NCBI GenBank assembly: GCA_050949175.1
Contig: JBMNFG010000006.1
Coordinates: 6,588 to 70,587, forward strand
DNA: 64,000 nucleotides
Reading direction: 5' to 3'
Source of the DNA: Bacillota bacterium
Lineage (GTDB): Bacteria > Bacillota > SHA-98 > UBA4971
The notes under the pieces were generated by a model, which ran no database searches, had not been told where the DNA came from, and saw nothing but the letters and a program-made list of their open reading frames with translations. The position numbers and the translations under genes were made by a program. Below, one piece after another: positions 58,613 through 64,000 of the stretch; within the stretch, counting starts at the first letter, position 1, and each line of letters begins with the position of its first letter.

Positions 58613-61600
58613 GTGAAAAGAGCTATGCCGGAAGCAGGGCGGAGAAGAGACACCGGAGCGGTCCTCATCGTGGGAGGTGGAGTCGCGGGGATGCATGCCT
58701 CTCTGATCCTGGCTGAGGCCGGAGTTAGGGTATTTCTTGTGGATTCATCTCCCGCATGTGGTGGCCTTGTAACATTGCTGGACAGGACGTTCCCTACACC
58801 GAACTGCGGCGTTTGCAATATGGCAATACCCGGGCAGGCTTACTGTCCTATGATAGAGGTCTCTCGACATCCTTTGATAAGTGTTATGACAAACAGTCGT
58901 GTAAAGAACGTCCGGGGGAAAGCAGGCGATTTCACCGTCGCTATTGAGCGAAAACCTGAATACGTGAACCAGGGATTCTGTGACTCCTGCGGTAGGTGTG
59001 AAGAAGTCTGCCCGGTTGAGGTAGATATGCCTGCTTATACCGGCATGCCTCCGCGCAAAGCAATATACCGCCCAAGCCATCGAAGCCTTCCCAGCGAATT
59101 CGTGTTGGATGACAGTTCCTGTGACAGGTGCGGAGTGTGCGTTGAGGTGTGTCCCACCGGTGCTATTGACCTTGATGCCGAGCCTCGTGAAGTTGAGGCT
59201 AGGGTAAATGCAGTAATCGCAAGCCCGGGCCTTGGCCATTACGATCCTGCGGCCAGATGCGAATATGGATACGGGCGAACTGAAAGGGTCATCACAGGAC
59301 TTGAGTTGGAAAGGCTGCTCAGTCCGTCCGGCCCCACCGGGGGCAGGTTAGTCCTGGGATCTGACTGTAGAACCCCGCAAAGCATAGCTTTCATCCAGTG
59401 CATCGGCTCGCGGGACAGAGCCCGGGGAGCCCCGTATTGCTCAGCAGTTTGTTGTATGTACGCAATTAAGGAAGCTATAAAGGTTAAGGAATCGGTACCT
59501 GATGCAGTTGTAAAGGTCTTTTATATAGACATCAGGGCATGCGGCAAGGGGTTTGAGGAGTATTACGAGAAAGCCAAAAGCCTCGGCGTAGAGTTTGTTC
59601 AATGTAGAGTATCATGTGTTGAACCTGTAGGTGAACATGTACTTGTCCACGCGGAGACAGACGGGGAAGTATCCGGCGAGGAGTTTGACCTGGCTGTTCT
59701 CTCAACTGGCTTTACGCCGCCTGATGGGCTAGATGAATTGTCCGAGGCCCTGGGAATCAAGAAAGGACTCTTCGGATATCTTCGTTCAGATGCTGCCGGA
59801 TTCTCTCCTGTTACTACAGACAGGGAGGGAATATACGTCTCAGGCGGCGGTGTTGAGCCGCAGGATATCCCCACTGCGATCATGTGGTCCGGATCCTGTG
59901 CCTTTTACGCGTTAAAAGATGCCTTAACTGCCGCAAAGGATAGACCGGTTTGTACCGAAGAGGCCTCTAAGATGTCAGTCCCCACGCCCCAAGTATCTGC
60001 AGGCGAGGTTGAGAAAAACGGTGAGGCAGATGTAAGGATCGGGGTTTTTGTGTGCACATGCAAGTCTTCCATGGACTCCATTGATCTTGATAAGATTGTC
60101 AGCTGGGCAAAGGAGCAAGACCACATCGTAACGGCGATCACGATTCCTGATATGTGTGATGGCCAAGGTATTGAGGGGCTTCTTTCATCTATCCGAGAGA
60201 ACATCTTAGACAGAGTTGTTATAGCGGGATGCTCACGGAGAGACGTTGCTTTGTTTTTAGAAAAGCATCTTTATGAGGCGGGAATAAAACCGGGTTTATG
60301 GGAAGTTGCTAACATCCGCGAGCAATGTGCGTGGCCGCATATGGATGATGAAGATGCTACCGAAAAGGCAATGGGCCTTGTGGCAATTGCCATAGAGCAA
60401 ATCTACAACGGAAAACCTCTTGCGAGAAAAGAGCGGCCTATTCCGGAAGGTGCATTGGTAATCGGCGGCGGTATCGCAGGGATGAGGGCAGCCAAAGCTT
60501 TGTCTGACTTAGGTCATAAGGTGACCCTGGTAGAAAAGGCGCATGTTCTAGGAGGCAGAGCTCGGTCGGTGAAGCGTTCTCTTTCAGGTATCGATCTTGT
60601 GTCTCTTGTCAACAAGCTGCGTGACGAAGTGGCGGAAGACCCCCTTATAAGAGTCTGCCTATCGTCTGAGGTTTCATCCGTATGCCGAGTTGACGGGGGA
60701 TTTGTGGCAAGGATTAGGGCTTTAGACGGACATTTCAACGCACATTCCGAGCCTTCTGAAGATGACATCAGGTGCGGAGCCGTTATTCTGGCGACAGGAG
60801 GGATAGAGGCTGAGCCTCCGAAGGCTTTAGCCCGGCAGGTTGCATCAGGTGTCATCACACAAACAAAGTTTGAGAGGAAACTTGACGTATTAGATCTCAA
60901 ACTGGAAGGGCCGGAGGGTTTCGGAGACGGGATTGGAAGTGTAGTAATGATCCAATGCGCAGGCTCCCGCGATGACGAGCGGCCTCACTGCAGCCGGGTA
61001 TGCTGCCTGCAGGCGCTAAAGAACGCGATTTATGCGAAGAAGCTGTCTCCTGAAACCGAAGTATATGTCCTGTATCGCGATATAAGGGCTCCCGGATTCT
61101 TGGAGCTTTTCTACGAAGAAGCCAGGGAACTGGGTGTGGTATTCATACGGTACCCGGAAAACAGAATGCCTCGGGTATTCCCGGGCGGCGCGGGGTCTTC
61201 CTGCAATAATGACAGAGAGCTGTCAGTTGAGGTTTATGATGCAGGCCTTGATGAACTCCTTCACATTCCTGCGGATCTTGTAGTCCTTTCCGTCGGGGTT
61301 TTGGGCTCACCTGATGCTAATTTAGCATCTGAACTGGGAATCCCCGTTGACTCACAGGGCTTTTACACCGAAGCCGATATAAAGGTGCGTCCTAATGAAT
61401 TCCTTGTGCCAGGGGTATACATGTGCGGGACTGCAAGAGCCCCGGCTACCGTAGTAGAGGCTTTGCTTTCAGCTGAGGCGGCAGCTGCAAGAGCAGCAGT
61501 GAGGCTTGCACGAGGCGCTGAGTGCTCAAGAGATAACACGTCGGACGTAAGGGTAAGGTTTTGCAAAGGCTGCGGGATCTGTGTAGAGGTTTGTACGTAC

Positions 61601-61762
61601 GGTGCCCGATCCCTTGATGAAGGCCGGAGCATTGCGCTTGTAGATGAATTTCTGTGCCAGGGGTGTGGAGCCTGCCAAGTAGCTTGCCCCGGCGGGGCAG
61701 CTGTACTCCGCGGGTTTGAGCCTGTGAAGCTCCTTTCCGCCCTGGACGTGGCTTTCTCATGA
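58613..61762 (+). CDS. Tandem HdrA-like fusion protein (1049 aa): a truncated HdrA module (FAD domain plus inserted ferredoxin, no N-domain or C-terminal ferredoxin) followed by a complete HdrA module
   Basis: Two GxGxxG FAD sites ([13 protein letters not shown] at residues 18-30, [13 protein letters not shown] near residue 605). A second copy of the HdrA N-domain sits mid-protein ([11 protein letters not shown]...REQCAWPH). The C-terminal ferredoxin is [11 protein letters not shown]...[12 protein letters not shown]. Confidence 0.7.
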   Translation: MKRAMPEAGRRRDTGAVLIVGGGVAGMHASLILAEAGVRVFLVDSSPACGGLVTLLDRTFPTPNCGVCNMAIPGQAYCPMIEVSRHPLISVMTNSRVKNVRGKAGDFTVAIERKPEYVNQGFCDSCGRCEEVCPVEVDMPAYTGMPPRKAIYRPSHRSLPSEFVLDDSSCDRCGVCVEVCPTGAIDLDAEPREVEARVNAVIASPGLGHYDPAARCEYGYGRTERVITGLELERLLSPSGPTGGRLVLGSDCRTPQSIAFIQCIGSRDRARGAPYCSAVCCMYAIKEAIKVKESVPDAVVKVFYIDIRACGKGFEEYYEKAKSLGVEFVQCRVSCVEPVGEHVLVHAETDGEVSGEEFDLAVLSTGFTPPDGLDELSEALGIKKGLFGYLRSDAAGFSPVTTDREGIYVSGGGVEPQDIPTAIMWSGSCAFYALKDALTAAKDRPVCTEEASKMSVPTPQVSAGEVEKNGEADVRIGVFVCTCKSSMDSIDLDKIVSWAKEQDHIVTAITIPDMCDGQGIEGLLSSIRENILDRVVIAGCSRRDVALFLEKHLYEAGIKPGLWEVANIREQCAWPHMDDEDATEKAMGLVAIAIEQIYNGKPLARKERPIPEGALVIGGGIAGMRAAKALSDLGHKVTLVEKAHVLGGRARSVKRSLSGIDLVSLVNKLRDEVAEDPLIRVCLSSEVSSVCRVDGGFVARIRALDGHFNAHSEPSEDDIRCGAVILATGGIEAEPPKALARQVASGVITQTKFERKLDVLDLKLEGPEGFGDGIGSVVMIQCAGSRDDERPHCSRVCCLQALKNAIYAKKLSPETEVYVLYRDIRAPGFLELFYEEARELGVVFIRYPENRMPRVFPGGAGSSCNNDRELSVEVYDAGLDELLHIPADLVVLSVGVLGSPDANLASELGIPVDSQGFYTEADIKVRPNEFLVPGVYMCGTARAPATVVEALLSAEAAAARAAVRLARGAECSRDNTSDVRVRFCKGCGICVEVCTYGARSLDEGRSIALVDEFLCQGCGACQVACPGGAAVLRGFEPVKLLSALDVAFS

Positions 61763-61775
61763 TATCAGAGGGAAG

Positions 61776-62231
61776 ATGGGGATTGGAGGAGGAACCGGGA
61801 TGGAATCTTCCGTAGGCTTTGAGCCGAAAATCGTCGCTTTCCTGTGCAATTGGTGCACTTACACCGGGGCGGATCTTGCCGGTGTGTCAAGGATTCAATA
61901 CCCTTCAAACGTACGTCCCATCCGAGTCATGTGTTCGGGATCAGTGGATCCCATGTACATCCTGAAAGCGCTGCTGGACGGCGCAGACGGAGTCCTGATA
62001 GGCGGCTGCCACGGAGGAGACTGCCACTATGTTAACGGGAATTACAAAGCCAGACGCCGTATTGCAGTTTTGCGGGAAGTCCTGGATGAATTAGGGATTG
62101 GAAGCGAGAGGGTATGGTTTAGGTTTATAAGTGCGAGTGAAGGAGCCTTATTCGCAGATACAGTCAAAGAGATGGTTGACTCCCTAAAGAGTCTGGGCCC
62201 TAACCCCACAAAAGCTATGTGGATTACTTAA
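61776..62231 (+). CDS. mvhD: MvhD/FlxD-like [2Fe-2S] protein (methyl-viologen-reducing hydrogenase delta-subunit family)
   Basis: [19 protein letters not shown]...VMCSGSVDP...GCHGGDCHY, the MvhD/FlpD signature. Confidence 0.85.
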   Translation: MGIGGGTGMESSVGFEPKIVAFLCNWCTYTGADLAGVSRIQYPSNVRPIRVMCSGSVDPMYILKALLDGADGVLIGGCHGGDCHYVNGNYKARRRIAVLREVLDELGIGSERVWFRFISASEGALFADTVKEMVDSLKSLGPNPTKAMWIT

Positions 62232-62258
62232 AAGCGGTCGGGATGACCGGATCGGGGT

Positions 62259-63365
62259 GTGACGCCAGCCATGAATAACCTTGTTATGCCTGTTGGAGAA
62301 GAAGGCAAAGCCAAAGCACTTAGCGGGTTTCTTGCAAGATTGCTCGAGCTCGGTGTAGTGGATTCAATGGTCCTTCCTGTAATGACTGTGCCAGGGATTA
62401 TGACGTACCTGATGGCAAGAGATCCTGAGCTCATAAGGGAAAAAGCTGAACCTTTCGCCGCTGTGATGCCGGTTAACGCAGGCTCTCCGGTAGCGCGAAC
62501 AGTCTCAAAGAAACCCAGGGGTAGGATCGGTGCTTTGCTCAAGCCATGTGAGGTGCGTGCCCTTGTGGAGCTTGTAAAGCTTAAGCAAGCTTCGCCGGAC
62601 AATCTCCTCATTATCGGGATTGATTGCACCGGGACAGTTGACAGGAATGAATACAAAAAAGCTTATCCTGATACAAGTCATCTTGACCTTCGCGAAGCGT
62701 GCAAGGTATGCCTGAATCCTTCACCTCCTGACACTGCTTTTCCAGGTATAAACATAGGACACATCGGTCTTGATGATGAAGATGCTTTGCTTGTTTCTCT
62801 TTCTACCGGACTTGACCCCGGCGTTGCAGCAGTTGTGGAAGAGCTTGGCTTCGAAAGCGATGGTTCGTTAGCCGACAGGCGCAGGTCAGCCATTGCTGCG
62901 CTCAGAGAAGAGCGTGACTGTGCGCACCGCGAGTTTTTCCTAAACTCCCGCGCTGAACAGAACGGCGGAGGCATTGAAAGCATAGCCAGGCTCTTGGCAG
63001 CATGCACAGGGTGCCGCAATTGCCGGGTGGCATGTCCCGTGTGTTACTGCAGGGAGTGTATTTTTGACGGGGACGTCTTTGACTATGAGACCAGGCAACT
63101 CCTGAGGCGAGCAGACCGTAAGGGGGGCATTAAGATCCCCGGAGATACTCTCCTTTACCATTTGACTCGGATGAACCATATGTCCCTGTCTTGTGTGGCA
63201 TGCGGCATGTGCCAAGACGCTTGCCCAGAAAACATAAACCTGTTTTCGCTGTTTGCCCGCGTGGCTGACAGGACCCAAAGCCTTCTTGAGTATGTTCCGG
63301 GAAGAAGCCAGGAAGATGCACTTCCTTTTACGACATTTCGGGAAGATGAGCTTGAGCCCAGGTAG
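62259..63365 (+). CDS. Iron-sulfur cluster-binding protein, FlxC-like (two CxxCxxCxxxCP motifs), part of the Flx-Hdr-type cluster
   Basis: ACTGCRNCRVACP and CVACGMCQDACP. Position between mvhD and a further FeS protein. The Flx assignment rests on gene-order analogy with flxABCD-hdrABC. Confidence 0.5.
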   Translation: MTPAMNNLVMPVGEEGKAKALSGFLARLLELGVVDSMVLPVMTVPGIMTYLMARDPELIREKAEPFAAVMPVNAGSPVARTVSKKPRGRIGALLKPCEVRALVELVKLKQASPDNLLIIGIDCTGTVDRNEYKKAYPDTSHLDLREACKVCLNPSPPDTAFPGINIGHIGLDDEDALLVSLSTGLDPGVAAVVEELGFESDGSLADRRRSAIAALREERDCAHREFFLNSRAEQNGGGIESIARLLAACTGCRNCRVACPVCYCRECIFDGDVFDYETRQLLRRADRKGGIKIPGDTLLYHLTRMNHMSLSCVACGMCQDACPENINLFSLFARVADRTQSLLEYVPGRSQEDALPFTTFREDELEPR

Positions 63366-63380
63366 AGGGGGTGAGGGGGA

Positions 63381-64000
63381 TGGAAGAAGAGAAAGTCAAA
63401 ATCTTCATTATGGGTAAGGCTTATCAGGTTCCAAAAGGCCTTACGATAATGAAGGCCATGGAGTACGCAGGTTATCAGTTCATACGCGGTTGCGGATGCC
63501 GCGGAGGGTTCTGCGGCGCATGCGGCACTGTCTACCGCATGCCTGATGACTACAGGCTCCTGGTGGGGCTTGCATGCCAGACAGTTGTAGAAGACGGCAT
63601 GTACCTGACTCAGATACCTGTCTTCCCCGGGAACAAGGCTACCTATGACGTAGAAGAGCTCCGCCCTGTCTTAAGCGATATTTTGAAACTGTATCCTGAG
63701 CTTACGCGATGCCTGGGATGCAACACATGCACCAAAGCATGCCCCCAAGACCTGGATGTCATGAATTACATGGCAGCGGCGATGCGAGGGGACATTGCCA
63801 GAGCTGCAGATATGTCTTTTGACTGTTTAATGTGCGGTTTGTGCGCAGCCAGATGTCCTGCTGAGACTGTCCAGTACAATATTGCAATCCTTCTGCGAAG
63901 GGTTTACGGGAGGCACATAGCGCCAAGGGCAGAGCACCTTGCAGCCAGGGTTGAGGAGATCCTAGATGGGGCGTTTGATGAAAGCCTTGACGAAGTGATG
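63381..64000 (+). CDS. [2Fe-2S] plus 2x[4Fe-4S] ferredoxin-domain protein (FlxB-like), N-terminal 206 aa; the gene runs off the window
   Basis: ATG at 63381 with a GGGGGTGAGGGGGA RBS. Cys motifs CGCRGGFCGACG, CLGCNTCTKACP and CLMCGLCAARCP. Open to position 64000. Absent from the ORF track because it is truncated. Confidence 0.6.

Noticed and set aside
58745-59239. 164-aa minus-strand ORF
   Set aside because: It is antisense to the tandem HdrA gene. No independent support.
1-64000. CRISPR arrays, tRNA/rRNA genes, prophage or defense-system gene clusters
   Set aside because: No short regularly spaced repeats, no tRNA-like T-arm/acceptor structures in the intergenic regions inspected, and no nuclease, helicase or methyltransferase clusters. 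Every intergenic stretch over 150 bp was read and looks like promoter, leader or IS-end DNA.

Overview
This 64-kb window is densely coding on both strands, about 50% GC, and looks like chromosome from a strictly anaerobic bacterium. The phylum cannot be determined from the sequence. No rRNA, tRNA or CRISPR array was recognised, and the ORF track omits edge-truncated genes at both ends.

Content in order:
- 1-2 kb: an Fe-type alcohol dehydrogenase (5' part only, minus strand), a candidate sigma-54 promoter, and a Zn-type alcohol dehydrogenase.
- 2.2-3.5 kb: a secreted alpha-helical-repeat protein of unknown function.
- 3.5-8.2 kb: a BMP/PnrA-type nucleoside ABC transporter (binding protein, double ATPase, two permeases).
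- 8.2-12.7 kb: a spermidine/putrescine potABCD operon with a frameshifted potD and an upstream PuuR-like HTH-cupin regulator.
- 13-16.3 kb: an orphan DegT-family sugar aminotransferase, then an IS256-family insertion that abuts and truncates a gene whose product ends in a T9SS/FlgD-Ig-like C-terminal sorting domain.
- 16.5-21.6 kb: bioY, yigZ/IMPACT, a large Old-Yellow-Enzyme/2,4-dienoyl-CoA-reductase-like flavoenzyme, and a PspC plus LiaF-like envelope-stress pair.
- 21.9-30.5 kb: an HTH-cupin regulator, a trimeric NuoE/NuoF/HydA-type electron-bifurcating-like [FeFe] hydrogenase (hydCBA), then an Hfs-type module: a small [2Fe-2S] protein, a sensory [FeFe] hydrogenase with a PAS domain (HydS, Group C), and a PP2C/SpoIIE phosphatase with an uncharacterised C-terminal domain. 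A 37-aa Cys-rich membrane peptide follows.
- 30.8-38 kb: a NodB deacetylase; an ArsR/SmtB regulator and His-rich P1B metal ATPase bordered by an IS3-family element (orfAB with an A_AAA_AAA slippery site) and an ISLre2/UPF0236-type transposase; a MATE exporter.
- 39-41.8 kb: mgtE behind a roughly 300-nt leader with a strong promoter and an intrinsic terminator (riboswitch/attenuator candidate, not a recognisable M-box), and a second NodB deacetylase.
- 42.4-47.9 kb: a GntR-FCD regulator fused to a cytoplasmic TAXI-type solute-binding domain, frameshifted at a G4 run, followed by a TIM-barrel sugar-phosphate isomerase and a DctPQM TRAP transporter.
- 48.1-51.1 kb: an HD hydrolase, a Gx-transporter/NusG-II pair, an FmdB zinc ribbon and a lipoprotein.
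- 51.5-55.1 kb: a TAXI-TRAP system (binding protein, DUF1850, fused permease).
- 55.2-64 kb: an Flx-Hdr-like cluster: hdrC, hdrB, hdrA, a 1049-aa tandem HdrA-HdrA fusion, mvhD/flxD, and FlxC/FlxB-like iron-sulfur proteins running off the window end.

No canonical defense or secondary-metabolite system was seen. The most unusual items are the GntR-TAXI fusion, the tandem HdrA, the HydS-PP2C signalling module without a cognate kinase, the IS256-truncated secreted protein, and the accessory metal/efflux island bordered by two IS elements. Two frameshifts (potD and the TAXI fusion) may be real pseudogenes or assembly errors.
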